This document shows positions 1 through 9,851 of a DNA stretch of 63,842 nucleotides, one piece after another (within the stretch, counting starts at the first letter, position 1; every line of letters starts with the position of its first letter). Below the pieces are notes generated by a model. It saw only the letters and a program-made list of their open reading frames with translations, ran no database searches and was not told the DNA's origin. Origin of the DNA: Candidatus Omnitrophota bacterium (GTDB lineage: Bacteria > Omnitrophota > Gorgyraeia > Tantalellales > Tantalellaceae); assembly GCA_034723315.1 (NCBI GenBank), contig JAYEOV010000058.1, positions 1 through 63,842 of the forward strand, read 5' to 3'. A program made the translations under genes and the position numbers.

Positions 1-59
1 CAGACCTTGACATTGACATTTTCCCCGGAGGGCATAAATTATGTCAATGTCAAGGTCTG
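1..59. repeat. Perfect 19-bp inverted repeat (REP-like hairpin), possibly cut by the window edge
   Basis: cagaccttgacattgacat (1-19) is the exact reverse complement of atgtcaatgtcaaggtctg (41-59); 21-nt loop; lies just downstream of the 943-aa gene. Confidence 0.85.
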
Positions 60-90
60 ACCCCTATCATTACAGACCCCTATCATTACA
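59..90. repeat. 16-bp tandem duplication gacccctatcattaca x2
   Basis: Identical units at 59-74 and 75-90; the second overlaps the stop codon of the 943-aa ORF. Confidence 0.9.
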
Positions 91-2917
91 GTGCGCGCTT
101 GATCTGCAATAATGCTTTATGTTCTTCCTTCCAATTTTCCCAATCAATCGGCGCTGCCAGCGGTAATGAAAGCTTTCCATCAAGGATCATTTCAATTATT
201 CTCACCGGCTTTTCATCCTTAGGTATTGATTCCGGGTCCGTAACGATCATCTTAAGGTGATTAACAATGTTATCGGCTAATGCCGGATCGATAACGGCCC
301 CTTTGCCGAAATCGCCTTTTCTTATCCTTTCACAGTTCAGAAGTTCCTTTCCAAGATCAACGTGATGGACTTCGTTCACCAGACCGCTTTCAGGGATATT
401 AGTTTCCCTGACAAACGTGAACCTTCCGTATATGCCTCTTAAGCTTGCAAGATCATATCTTTTTTTATCTTCAGCCTTCCTTTTTATCTTTGAATATTTT
501 TCTTCTTCTAATTCCTTTTCGATATATTTCTTACCAGCCAGCTCATTCAAGATCTCCTCCGGCATATCACCTATACCATCTGGAACGAAAACTATCGCCC
601 TTGGCTTTTTATCCACGCCCTTAACAGATTCATCCAGCATCTCCAACAACATTTCGTCGACGACAACTTTAAGCTCATTTTCGAGATTATTCTTCAGAAT
701 CTCCGGGTCCGCGCTGTAAACATACCCACCGAACCGTGTTTCCGAATTTTCTTTTTCGGACATCAGTCTCAATTCTCTATCAACTTTATTTTTATCGGCT
801 TTCATAGTAGGATATTCCATACCTTCACCCGTGGGCGTTACTATCCAGTCAATGACCCTTTCCGGCTGCATATCACCAATGTCTTTGTCAATGATATACG
901 GCCGGCTAGCTCTCGCGGCTTTATGCGCAGCCAGCATCTGTTTTTCTTCAACTGTAGCGGTCGGAGCGGCTTCGGGCGCTTCAACCTTAGCCGGAACAGC
1001 TTTCGGCGCGGCAACCGGCGCCACATACTCTGCCTCTCTTTCAAGATCAACTATGGGTTTCTCAAACAAAACTTCGTTCCCTACGCTGCAAACCACATTT
1101 TTTTCGCCTTCTTTTTCGCCTTCTGTCGTAATCACAAGCGTGATCACAAGGTCGTCTGAATTCTCATATACCCAGGACGCTCCTTCAGAGGTGATCAGGT
1201 CCCGGATCATGACAACAGCCATCTTGAAAGCCAGCCTCTCCTGTTCGGAATAAACCTCATCTGCCAGGATCGGGTTCAACTGGCTCGCCAACTGCAGCAT
1301 CGCCGCTTTGGCTATCACCGAAGCCAGCATGCGCTGAAGGTTAGTCGTCTGGCCCGCCAGCAATTCATAATAAGGACTCTTGAAATCTTTTTCGCTCGTG
1401 AACTTCGGCAATATGGATATGTACGATATCCCCTCTTTCTCGAACATCTCGCAGAGGCTCTCGGTATGGAACCCGCCTGTCATGAAAATGGCGGTTTCGG
1501 TATCCCCCGAAACGCGGGTAAAACGCATTTTCCTGAGGAACACTGCGTCCCTTTTGAACGAGTATTCGTAAAACCTGGATATCCTCCTGCGGTAATGATC
1601 GATCCTGCTTATCCCCCTTGCCGGACGCGCCGCGATCCGGTACCGGGGAGCTTCTCTATCGAAGAACTTAATAAAATTGCTCGCTTCAAACGAATCCTCG
1701 TTATCCAGGTAGTAACGGTAGTCAGTTTTTGTAAGGGTAATATCAAAGATATTCTTCATGAGGGCCAGGTTCTTTGAAAGCTTGTCAAGGGGACGCTGCG
1801 TACCGTTCTTAAACAGCGGCTCCTTTATCGCTGCCTCAAGTCCGCTCAACTCCCGCATGACGATGGACTTGTCTACAGCTTCGTATGTCGTCACGTATAG
1901 GATGTAACTTCTGAGAGCCGGGAAACGTTTTATATCAATACCCAGCTCCCCGGCTTTATCCAGGAGATAACCGTAAAACGCTTTTCTGGACATCCTTTTT
2001 GTCTTGAATTCGATCGCGTGCGACATAAGCTTTTTTACCTCGTTCCTGGAAAGCCGCTTTTTCAGTCCTTTTACAAGGGCGTATCTTTCCGCGTTTGCTT
2101 TCTTGAAATCCACGTTTTTTTCCATCTCCATAGACTGTGAAAGCAGATACAGGTTCGCGAATTTCTTTACCTGCAGCGCCTCCATCTTTGCCCTCTCGAA
2201 CAGGAACTCCAGATACTCCTGGAGTTCCATATTGAGGCGTTTGTAGGCGTTATAAGCCATGTCAATCTTCAGAAGATCGGACGTGAATATATGACGTTTA
2301 AGGTTGTTCAGTATATGCGTAAGCTGTTTCAGGTAATCGTCAACTTCCTTTTTGTAAGAAAGCGAATCCCTGTATACCTTCAGGTTTGCCAAATACAGGT
2401 CTTTATCCTCAACTCCCCAGAGGACTACTTTACCGGGGTTGTTTATGGCATAAAATTCCGCTCCGTTTATCTCGCCTTTTTTTACGAAGTACTCAGCCAC
2501 CTCCTTCCTTATAGCCTTGCCCGTTATGGAAGTAAACACAGAAAGGTCATAATCTCCTTCTCCACCCTCGAGATTTATCATTTCTATCCCGTATTCCTTG
2601 TTCACGTAATCAATAATACTTGAGATCTTGTTCTGAGCTTTAAAGTTACAGTGAGCGTCCTGAATGTGGACGATGAATTTCTTCGAATCGCCCTTGTATC
2701 TGTACTTTATATCGCCAAGGTGCGCGGGAATAGTAAATGTATCTATATCTAGATGCGCATAAAGGACATCTTTTGCCGGTAATATCTCGAACGGAGGCCT
2801 CCCCGTGTCTAAAGCGGCCCAGGCATCTACAAAAACAAAACATGCAATTAAAGCAAATAAAGACACACTGCTTAGCAGTTTCCTCAGTGTTATGTGCGTT
2901 TTGAACAATCCATACAT
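86..2917 (-). CDS. Large secreted hypothetical protein (943 aa) with putative TIKI/TraB/ChaN/EreA-like N-terminal domain
   Basis: Long ORF with upstream AAGGA RBS and hydrophobic signal-like N-terminus; motifs HIQDAHC (H89), INLEGG (E117), FMTGGFH (H484); Ala/Pro/Glu-rich linker before a C-terminal domain. Fold assignment is inference. Confidence 0.85.
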   Translation of the reverse strand: MYGLFKTHITLRKLLSSVSLFALIACFVFVDAWAALDTGRPPFEILPAKDVLYAHLDIDTFTIPAHLGDIKYRYKGDSKKFIVHIQDAHCNFKAQNKISSIIDYVNKEYGIEMINLEGGEGDYDLSVFTSITGKAIRKEVAEYFVKKGEINGAEFYAINNPGKVVLWGVEDKDLYLANLKVYRDSLSYKKEVDDYLKQLTHILNNLKRHIFTSDLLKIDMAYNAYKRLNMELQEYLEFLFERAKMEALQVKKFANLYLLSQSMEMEKNVDFKKANAERYALVKGLKKRLSRNEVKKLMSHAIEFKTKRMSRKAFYGYLLDKAGELGIDIKRFPALRSYILYVTTYEAVDKSIVMRELSGLEAAIKEPLFKNGTQRPLDKLSKNLALMKNIFDITLTKTDYRYYLDNEDSFEASNFIKFFDREAPRYRIAARPARGISRIDHYRRRISRFYEYSFKRDAVFLRKMRFTRVSGDTETAIFMTGGFHTESLCEMFEKEGISYISILPKFTSEKDFKSPYYELLAGQTTNLQRMLASVIAKAAMLQLASQLNPILADEVYSEQERLAFKMAVVMIRDLITSEGASWVYENSDDLVITLVITTEGEKEGEKNVVCSVGNEVLFEKPIVDLEREAEYVAPVAAPKAVPAKVEAPEAAPTATVEEKQMLAAHKAARASRPYIIDKDIGDMQPERVIDWIVTPTGEGMEYPTMKADKNKVDRELRLMSEKENSETRFGGYVYSADPEILKNNLENELKVVVDEMLLEMLDESVKGVDKKPRAIVFVPDGIGDMPEEILNELAGKKYIEKELEEEKYSKIKRKAEDKKRYDLASLRGIYGRFTFVRETNIPESGLVNEVHHVDLGKELLNCERIRKGDFGKGAVIDPALADNIVNHLKMIVTDPESIPKDEKPVRIIEMILDGKLSLPLAAPIDWENWKEEHKALLQIKRAL

Positions 2918-3237
2918 TATTTTATCCTTTTTAAATGTTATTACATAGCTGGCAAAATAACATTTAATCTTCCGCCCTTACATAAGTTAAAGGTATCTTT
3001 TTCATATACTCAGCCATTATATAGTTTACCAATTTTACTATTTGTTTTCAAATTTTATATGTTACCTTTTTTATCTTTTAACCTTTATAAAAATCGTCCT
3101 ACCCCTAATTATTTACAATATTAGAACTTATAACTCCACTGCTTGTTTCTACTCTATCCGGCATAACTATTATTATTGATAAATAACCGGCAGTCAGGTA
3201 TATTATATTTATTATAATTTTTGCAAAAGGAGGGATC

Positions 3238-3834
3238 ATGAATAAAACAATATTTCCAGTTCTCATCATTCTGGCAAGTATTTTTATTGTTGCCGCGTTT
3301 TTCATGCCATGGGCCAGAGTAGCCACATCCGTCACGGGTGTATCAAAAGAGCTGACGGGATCTGTCTCAAAAACACCCATAGCAGGAAAAGTCGTGGGAG
3401 ACCTTACCAGGGTCACTGACGCTATCAGCGCGTTCGGCGACATAGAGATAAAGACCACTGTCCGGGGATACAAGATCCCTGCAATGGTCAACTCCGACAC
3501 CTCAAAGGTCGCCCTTTCTCTCGCGCAGATATTGTTCAAGGGCGCTGAAGGCATTGATAAGAAAAGCTACCTCGTTTATCTTTCGCCGATCCTCGCGATA
3601 CTCTGCGGACTGCTTGCGGCGCTCGGGATCAAAAGCAGGATCTACGTTCTGATCCTCATCATCATAAGCGGAGTGATCTCTACCGCGGGGTTATATAATC
3701 TGTATACTATGGACGTTAACAGCATGGCTGTGAAGATCACGATCGCGAAGGGCCTGTGGTACACAATGTACTCATTCCTCCTCATGTTCCTGGCGGGAAT
3801 AGCCTGGCAGGTGCTGGACTGGAAAAAAGCTTAA
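3238..3834 (+). CDS. Hypothetical integral membrane protein (198 aa, about 4 TM)
   Basis: GGAGG RBS before the ATG; N-terminal hydrophobic helix ending FFMPW and three C-terminal hydrophobic segments. Confidence 0.8.
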   Translation: MNKTIFPVLIILASIFIVAAFFMPWARVATSVTGVSKELTGSVSKTPIAGKVVGDLTRVTDAISAFGDIEIKTTVRGYKIPAMVNSDTSKVALSLAQILFKGAEGIDKKSYLVYLSPILAILCGLLAALGIKSRIYVLILIIISGVISTAGLYNLYTMDVNSMAVKITIAKGLWYTMYSFLLMFLAGIAWQVLDWKKA

Positions 3835-3854
3835 AGCTTTCCTTACTTATCCAA

Positions 3855-4022
3855 TCATAACCCCGTTCGTTACGAGGCTGAGCGAAAAGGCCATTGACAA
3901 GGCCTGAGGGGCAAAATGCCCGGAAACGTAGCCGGTGCGCTACGTTGAGGACATTTTGCCCCGAAAACGCGGTCAATGGGTTTTGCAGCCAGCCGCAGTA
4001 GAACAGGGTTATGAAATGGGTT
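3855..4022 (+). mobile_element. MITE family A copy (176-bp type, left end degenerate)
   Basis: Near-identical to copies at 18903, 27698, 52092 and 63736; right end aacagggttatgaaatgggtt followed by ctaa. Confidence 0.85.
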
Positions 4023-4023
4023 C

Positions 4024-4052
4024 TAATACCGGGTCTTATAAAACCCGGTATT
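4024..4052. terminator. Hairpin between convergent genes, probable bidirectional terminator
   Basis: taataccggg...cccggtatta 10-bp stem followed by an A/T-rich tract; lies between convergent ORFs 3238+ and 4072-. Confidence 0.6.
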
Positions 4053-4071
4053 AAAAATTGGTTTTTCGTTC

Positions 4072-4404
4072 CTACTTTCTGCCCTTAAGCTGGTCGACCT
4101 GAGCCCTTATGCCCTCCACCTCTTTCCTGTAATCAAGCTGGATCTGTTTTTTCTGGTCTCTTTTCTGATCGAGGAGCTTGTCCCGGGCTTCCTTGTCGTC
4201 AGGCGCTATCTGCCTCATCTGCTGAAGGATCGTATCATCAACACCCTTCATCTTCTGCTTGTAAGCGTCCCTGGCCTCCTTCATCTGCTCGTTCAGATCC
4301 TTAAGCTTCGCCTGATGCTCGTCGTCCGCAGCCTGGGCGCAGACCATGCTCGCGGAAAACAGCAAAAGGACCGCGACCGCGATACTTACCGCCTTTTTAA
4401 CCAT
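4072..4404 (-). CDS. Small exported coiled-coil hypothetical protein (110 aa)
   Basis: Signal peptide ending in AQA; mature part is K/E/Q-rich and helical; GGGGG/GAAG RBS. Confidence 0.75.
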   Translation of the reverse strand: MVKKAVSIAVAVLLLFSASMVCAQAADDEHQAKLKDLNEQMKEARDAYKQKMKGVDDTILQQMRQIAPDDKEARDKLLDQKRDQKKQIQLDYRKEVEGIRAQVDQLKGRK

Positions 4405-4604
4405 TTCTTACCCCCTTCTCATGTAAGAAACTATGAACGTCTGTTCATTAAGTTTCATGATAACTTCTATTATCTTTCAGGATTTAACACCGGTATAACT
4501 TATTTTATACCATTTTCTTAAATTGTCATCTGATAAAAGCGTCTGAAAAATATTCCCGGCGAAAAATCATTGATTTTTACGGCGAATATAATATCATTGA
4601 TTAT

Positions 4605-5963
4605 ATGCTGGAACGAATATTCAAACTGAAAGAGAACAACACGACCGTAAGAACGGAAATGCTCGCCGGCGTGACCACCTTCATGACCATGGCGTACATT
4701 ATATTCGTCCAGCCCGCTATCCTGTCCCAGTGCGGCATGAATTTTGACGCCGTCATGGTCGCCACGTGTATCGCGAGCGCCATCGCCTGTTTCCTGATGG
4801 CCATACTGGCGAACTACCCCATTGCCCTCGCGCCGGCCATGGGCCATAACGTGTATTTCGCTTTCGTCGCGTGTCCTATAATAGCATCCATCCTGGGCAA
4901 GGACTCGACGGTCCAGCCCTGGCAGGTCGCTCTCGGCGCCATATTCATCTCCGGGATAGTTTTTATCATATTTTCTTTTTTCGGGATAAGGGAAAAAATA
5001 ATAACAGCAGTCCCTGTTTCCCTAAGGAACGCTATCGCCGTGGGGATAGGACTTCTCATAGCCCTGGTAGGGTTCGAATGGTCGGGGGTAACCACGGCCC
5101 ATCCCGTTACATACCTCACGCTGGGCAAACTCAACACCCCACCCGTCCTTCTGTCCCTCCTCGGGCTTACTGCCATTTCGATCCTGCTGGCCAAAAAAGT
5201 CAGGGGTGCCATACTTATCGGCATAATATTTACGGCCATCTGCGGGGCCTTTTCCGGGATAATACACTATCACGGGTTTACAAGCAAGATCCCTTCCCTC
5301 GCTCCCACCTTCATGAAACTGAGCTTCAAAGGCGCTCTCAGCATAGGTTTTTTTGAACTTATATTCGTGTTCTTCTTCCTGGACCTCTTTGACACCGTGG
5401 GCACACTCATAGGCGTGGGAGAAAAAGCGGGTTTCATGAAAAACAACGAACTGCCAAGGGCCAGGCAGGCCCTTTTTTCGGACGCGACCGCCACAGTGAC
5501 AGGCGCCATGCTGGGAACCTCCACGGTCACAAGCTATATCGAAAGCGCCGCGGGAGTGTCACAGGGCGGACGGACAGGACTTTCCAACATGGTAACCGGC
5601 CTGCTTATGCTCTCCGCTCTGTTCTTCAAACCCCTGGTCTCGATGATAGGAGCGGGATACAGAACGGATAACGGAACCTTGCTCTATCCCGTGATCGCTC
5701 CGGCGCTCATAATAGTAGGGTGTATGATGATGAGCTGCGTCAGAAAGATAGAATGGGACGACTACACGGAAGCGATACCGGCCTTTCTGACCATTACCGT
5801 AATGCCGTTCTGCGGGTTCAGTATAACGGAAGGGATCTCATTCGGTTTTATCTCCTACGTGCTGCTGAAACTCGTCTCGGGAAAGATCGAAGAGGTCAAC
5901 CCTCTCATAAGCGTCTTCTCTGTCCTCTTCATACTTCGCTACGTATTCATCTTCTGGAAATAG
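4605..5963 (+). CDS. NCS2 family (AzgA/PbuG-like) purine permease
   Basis: N-terminus FKLKENNTTVRTEMLAGVTTFMTMAYI; motifs ALAPAMG, DLFDTVGTL, TSYIESAAGV..GGRTGL. Confidence 0.93.
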   Translation: MLERIFKLKENNTTVRTEMLAGVTTFMTMAYIIFVQPAILSQCGMNFDAVMVATCIASAIACFLMAILANYPIALAPAMGHNVYFAFVACPIIASILGKDSTVQPWQVALGAIFISGIVFIIFSFFGIREKIITAVPVSLRNAIAVGIGLLIALVGFEWSGVTTAHPVTYLTLGKLNTPPVLLSLLGLTAISILLAKKVRGAILIGIIFTAICGAFSGIIHYHGFTSKIPSLAPTFMKLSFKGALSIGFFELIFVFFFLDLFDTVGTLIGVGEKAGFMKNNELPRARQALFSDATATVTGAMLGTSTVTSYIESAAGVSQGGRTGLSNMVTGLLMLSALFFKPLVSMIGAGYRTDNGTLLYPVIAPALIIVGCMMMSCVRKIEWDDYTEAIPAFLTITVMPFCGFSITEGISFGFISYVLLKLVSGKIEEVNPLISVFSVLFILRYVFIFWK

Positions 5964-5985
5964 AACGGGAAAACACTCCTGCCGC

Positions 5986-7482
5986 TTATCCTCTTCCGCT
6001 GGTCTCAGTCAGCGCAAGAAGCTTTTCGGCGTGTAGGGGGGTTATCTGTCCGGGCAGAAGACGCCACTCCCAGTTACCCGTCATCTCCCTGGGCTGGTTC
6101 ATCCTCGCGCTCTCGCCGAGCCCGAGGATATCCTGCGCCGGAAAAACGACAGTATCAGCGTCTGACATCATAATGATCCTTATCGTCTCCCAGTTGATAT
6201 CACCGTCCGTTTCCTCTCGACGCAGGTAACGTAAAAACCTCCGCTTCTCTTCGGGGGAGGATTCTTTCGCGAGCCATCCCATCAAAGTATTGTTGTCATG
6301 TGTGCCCGTGTACGCGACGCAGTTTTTCTCGTAATTATGGGGAAGATAGGGGTGTTCCGGGTCATCCTTGCCGAAAGCGAACTGAAGCACCTTCATGCCG
6401 GGAAAAGCGTAATGCCGCTGCGCCTCCCTGACGTCGGGAGTTATCACCCCGAGGTCTTCCACTATAACGGGAAAGTCCGGCAGTTTCCCGCGCAGCGTGT
6501 CAAAAAAATCATACGTCGGGACCTCTTTCCACTCACCGTTTACCGCCGTCTCCTCCCCCGCGGGGACTTCCCAGTATTTGACAAGCCCCCTGAAATGGTC
6601 TATGCGGACGATATCAAAATACTTAAGAGTGTGCGCTATTCTTTTTATCCACCACGAATACCCGCTCTCCCTCAGAACGTCCCACCTGTACACGGGATTG
6701 TTCCATAACTGCCCGGTCGCGCTGAAATAATCCGGCGGCACACCGGAAACCGCGAACGGTTTCTTGTTTTCATCCAGCTTGAATATGCGCGGGTCTACCC
6801 ACACATCGGCGCTGTCGTAACTTACATATATAGGTATATCACCTATAATGCTTATTCCCTTCCCGTTACAGTAGGACTTCAACGCGAACCATTGCCTGAA
6901 AAGAACATACTGCGAGAACCTCTCCTTTCCTATCCTGTCCTTAAAGGTTTTTCTTGCCGCTTCGAGGGCCTCAGGATCCCTGTCCCTCAATTCCCCGGGC
7001 CAATCGCTCCATGCCCGGCCGTCGTATTCCGTTTTCAGCGCCGTGAAAAGCGCGTAATCTTCAAGCCAGCCTGAATGCTCCCCGCAGAAACTTTCATACC
7101 CGTCATCCGCGCCCTTTTTGCTGAAATTCTCGTATGCTTTGTCCAGCACCTGTATCTTGTATACGGTGACCGCGTCATAATCCACCTTACCCGGCTTGAA
7201 CTCCGGTACCGGCTCCAGGTCTCCCGGGGAAAGAAGCCCTTCATCCATGAGCCGCTCGAAACTTATAAGAAGGGGATTTGCCGCGAAAGCCGAACAACTG
7301 AAATAGGGGGAATTGCCGTTGGCGGGATCCGTCGGGTTAAGAGGCAGCATCTGCCAGCAGGATTGCTTTGTCCCGGCAAGAAAATCGGCGAAACGGTACG
7401 CTTCAGGTCCGAGATCGCCTATACCGTAAGGCGAAGCCAGCGACGAGATGTGAAGAAGAACCCCGCTGCCTCTTTTATCCAT
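5986..7482 (-). CDS. malQ: 4-alpha-glucanotransferase (amylomaltase, GH77)
   Basis: GVLLHISSL, WQMLPLNP, GVPPDYFSATGQLWNNP, RIDHFRG, VEDLG, YTGTHDNNT motifs. Confidence 0.96.
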   Translation of the reverse strand: MDKRGSGVLLHISSLASPYGIGDLGPEAYRFADFLAGTKQSCWQMLPLNPTDPANGNSPYFSCSAFAANPLLISFERLMDEGLLSPGDLEPVPEFKPGKVDYDAVTVYKIQVLDKAYENFSKKGADDGYESFCGEHSGWLEDYALFTALKTEYDGRAWSDWPGELRDRDPEALEAARKTFKDRIGKERFSQYVLFRQWFALKSYCNGKGISIIGDIPIYVSYDSADVWVDPRIFKLDENKKPFAVSGVPPDYFSATGQLWNNPVYRWDVLRESGYSWWIKRIAHTLKYFDIVRIDHFRGLVKYWEVPAGEETAVNGEWKEVPTYDFFDTLRGKLPDFPVIVEDLGVITPDVREAQRHYAFPGMKVLQFAFGKDDPEHPYLPHNYEKNCVAYTGTHDNNTLMGWLAKESSPEEKRRFLRYLRREETDGDINWETIRIIMMSDADTVVFPAQDILGLGESARMNQPREMTGNWEWRLLPGQITPLHAEKLLALTETSGRG

Positions 7483-7483
7483 A

Positions 7484-9349
7484 TCACTTTTCTTTCAGCC
7501 CTTTAATCGGCAGAACAAAATAAAAAGTCGTTCCCTTTCCGTCTTCGGATTCCGCCCATATCCCGCCGCCGTGTTTCTCGATCATCTCCCGGGATATCGC
7601 CAGGCCCAAACCGCTGCCGCCGCCTTTTTTATCTCTTCTCTTGCCCGGATGTTCGTACCTGAGGAAAAGCCTGGGAAGGTCTTCCTTCTTTATACCCGCG
7701 CCGGTATCTTCCACCGAGACCCTGATCGAGTCATCCCCTTCCATTGAGGTGGAGATGGTGATATTCCCTTTCTCGGTGACGCTGACAGCGCTGTTGACAA
7801 TGCTGGCAAGGACCTGCGTGATCTTTTCCCTGTCGAACCTGATAACGGGCAGGCTGTCATCTGTCTTTACAATAAGCTCCAGCCCTTCTTTCCCCGTCAG
7901 CATGGGTGCCATCGCTTTCCGGACCTCGCGAACAACCTCGTTGATATCGTTCTCTAACATGCTGAACTCGATCCTGCCGGTCTCAAGATGATGAAAACGC
8001 ACGATATCGTCTATAAGGCGCGTAAGCCTGTTCACGCTTTTTCCCGCCAGGCCAAGTATCTTTTTCTGCCTCTGGTCTATCTTTCCCTTTATCTCGTCCA
8101 GGACCATGTTTATGCCTTCCTTTATCGTCGTCAAAGGGGTCCTGAACTCACAAGAGACCATGGAGATGAACTTTGCCTTTGCGTCGATCTCGTCCTTCAG
8201 CCGTTCCGCGATCTTCTTGCGCTCGGTTATTTCCATCTCGCGCGAATGAAGCGCCCCGCCCAGCTTATCCGTCATCTTGTTGAAAGACCTCTCCAGCTCG
8301 CCCACCTCGTCGTTCGTCCTGATATCCGCCCTTTTGGAAAGATCCCCTTTCGCGATCTCTCCTGTCACCGCGACAAGCTCCAGGATCGGCCTGGTTATAC
8401 CCCTGGCGACAAAGAACGCTATTACCCACGCTATTGCCACGGCAATGATACCGACGACTATTATCCTGTTCCTCAGCTTCACCGCGGGACCGAAAATATC
8501 CTTTTGAAACACAAGGGACACGACCGACCAGTCCTTCAACTGTCCTTCTCTGTACCGGTCCAGGTCCGCGTACCCGGCCAAAACGACATCACCTCTCCTG
8601 TCCTTGTATATCACATGTCCGGTCTTCTCACCCTCTTTCAAGGCCGGGAGGCGGTTATTGATCTGGAGATAAGTGACGGGCGTAAATATCGTCACCTCCC
8701 CGTCCCTGGTAAGAATAACGTCCCCCGGCTCCCTGACGGGATAAATGGCCTTATCCCCCGCGGTATAAGGATCTATCCTGTAAGTGGTCTCTACCAGCCG
8801 GTCCATCCTTACCGTCCCGGCCAGTATAAAAACCGCTTTCCTGTTATCCTTATCCATAACGGGCGTGAGGATAAGCGCTTTCAGCCGCCTGCCCCTCTCG
8901 CCGGCGGAAACATCTCTGAATATCACGTATCCCCGGCGGTCCTTTTTAGCGTTATTGAAAAGCCCCAGGGATATCTGTTCTTTATCCAGAAAATTCTTTC
9001 CCGCAAGGACCGGATCCGTGGAAGCGGCCACCCCGCCATCAGGATCAACAACGGAAATACTGCTGTACAAAGGTATATCCTCAAGCAGCCGCGGCAGAAA
9101 AGGCCTTATGGATCCCATATCCCCTGACTCGATCTCCCGGGTGTGGGAATACTTTTTTGTGTCGGCTATTATCCCCCGGAGGTAGCTGTCTATATCCCGG
9201 GCGATGAACTCCGCTACGTGCTGGAGGTCGCTTCCGATGCGTTCCTTGTAGGTCTTTATGGAATTGTCTATGACAATAACAAGGACGATGGCCACGGCGA
9301 TCAGGACGATCCCCGTGTAACTCGCCATTAATTTCGTGCCAAGCTTCAT
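7484..9349 (-). CDS. Membrane sensor histidine kinase-like protein (Cache-HAMP-HisKA-HATPase) with His-to-Cys in the H box; probable pseudokinase
   Basis: Two TM helices, HAMP (DEVGELERSFNKM), H box reads SMVSCEFRTPL, G1 EDTGAGI, G2 GGSGLGLAI. Confidence 0.9.
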   Translation of the reverse strand: MKLGTKLMASYTGIVLIAVAIVLVIVIDNSIKTYKERIGSDLQHVAEFIARDIDSYLRGIIADTKKYSHTREIESGDMGSIRPFLPRLLEDIPLYSSISVVDPDGGVAASTDPVLAGKNFLDKEQISLGLFNNAKKDRRGYVIFRDVSAGERGRRLKALILTPVMDKDNRKAVFILAGTVRMDRLVETTYRIDPYTAGDKAIYPVREPGDVILTRDGEVTIFTPVTYLQINNRLPALKEGEKTGHVIYKDRRGDVVLAGYADLDRYREGQLKDWSVVSLVFQKDIFGPAVKLRNRIIVVGIIAVAIAWVIAFFVARGITRPILELVAVTGEIAKGDLSKRADIRTNDEVGELERSFNKMTDKLGGALHSREMEITERKKIAERLKDEIDAKAKFISMVSCEFRTPLTTIKEGINMVLDEIKGKIDQRQKKILGLAGKSVNRLTRLIDDIVRFHHLETGRIEFSMLENDINEVVREVRKAMAPMLTGKEGLELIVKTDDSLPVIRFDREKITQVLASIVNSAVSVTEKGNITISTSMEGDDSIRVSVEDTGAGIKKEDLPRLFLRYEHPGKRRDKKGGGSGLGLAISREMIEKHGGGIWAESEDGKGTTFYFVLPIKGLKEK

Positions 9350-9720
9350 TTTTCTTCCAGAATCTCTTTTATCGCTTTGAGTATCTCCTTGAAACTGAAA
9401 GGTTTCGCGAAGGTCCGCAGCGCCCCTCCTATAAGTTCGGCGCTTTCAAGATAATCTTCCGGCCCTTCGAACCCGCCCCCTGACATGGCTATTATCTTCA
9501 CATCGGGAAAATTGCTCCGGAGCTCCACACATGTCTGGACCCCCTCCTTCCCCGGCATGATAAGATCCGTTATGACAAGATCCGCAGGCTTCTCACGGTA
9601 GAGCTCTACACCTTCTTCCCCGTCGGAGGCCTCGGCGACCTCATACCCGAACTTCTCGAGCATCATCCGGAAAAGCTTCCTGAACTCGTCATTGTCATCT
9701 ATGATCAATATACGCGCCAT
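9346..9720 (-). CDS. Single-domain response regulator (receiver)
   Basis: Start moved to the ATG at 9720 behind AAGGAAGG; ILIIDD, DLVITDLIMP, MSGG and KPF motifs intact; 4-bp overlap with the kinase gene. Confidence 0.92.
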   Translation of the reverse strand: MARILIIDDNDEFRKLFRMMLEKFGYEVAEASDGEEGVELYREKPADLVITDLIMPGKEGVQTCVELRSNFPDVKIIAMSGGGFEGPEDYLESAELIGGALRTFAKPFSFKEILKAIKEILEEK

Positions 9721-9851
9721 GCCGTCCTTCCTTACAGTCCCTATTTTACACTCAAACTCGCCACTTTCAAATAAAAAATAGGAACAGATGCCTTTTCTTA
9801 ATAACACGAAGGGCTCCGTCCCTGTTAATAAAAAGCTCCTTTCGCTGCTAG

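Noticed and set aside
3894-3900. TTGACA inside MITE family A as a portable promoter
   Set aside because: No -10 hexamer at 16-18 bp within the element, and the site is changed in the copy at 63736.
3782-3976. Short ORFs beginning MTAFSGQNVLNVAHRLRFRAF (also 18853, 27672, 52138)
   Set aside because: They are translations of MITE family A; lengths vary and there is no RBS or coding signal.
4405-4604. Purine riboswitch upstream of the NCS2 permease
   Set aside because: The conserved junction and loop motifs of the purine aptamer were not found; an Rfam scan would settle it.
7988-9127. Long antisense ORFs (e.g. 7988+, 23394+, 43415+, 59384+)
   Set aside because: Shadow frames opposite well-supported genes in GC-rich DNA, with no recognisable motifs.
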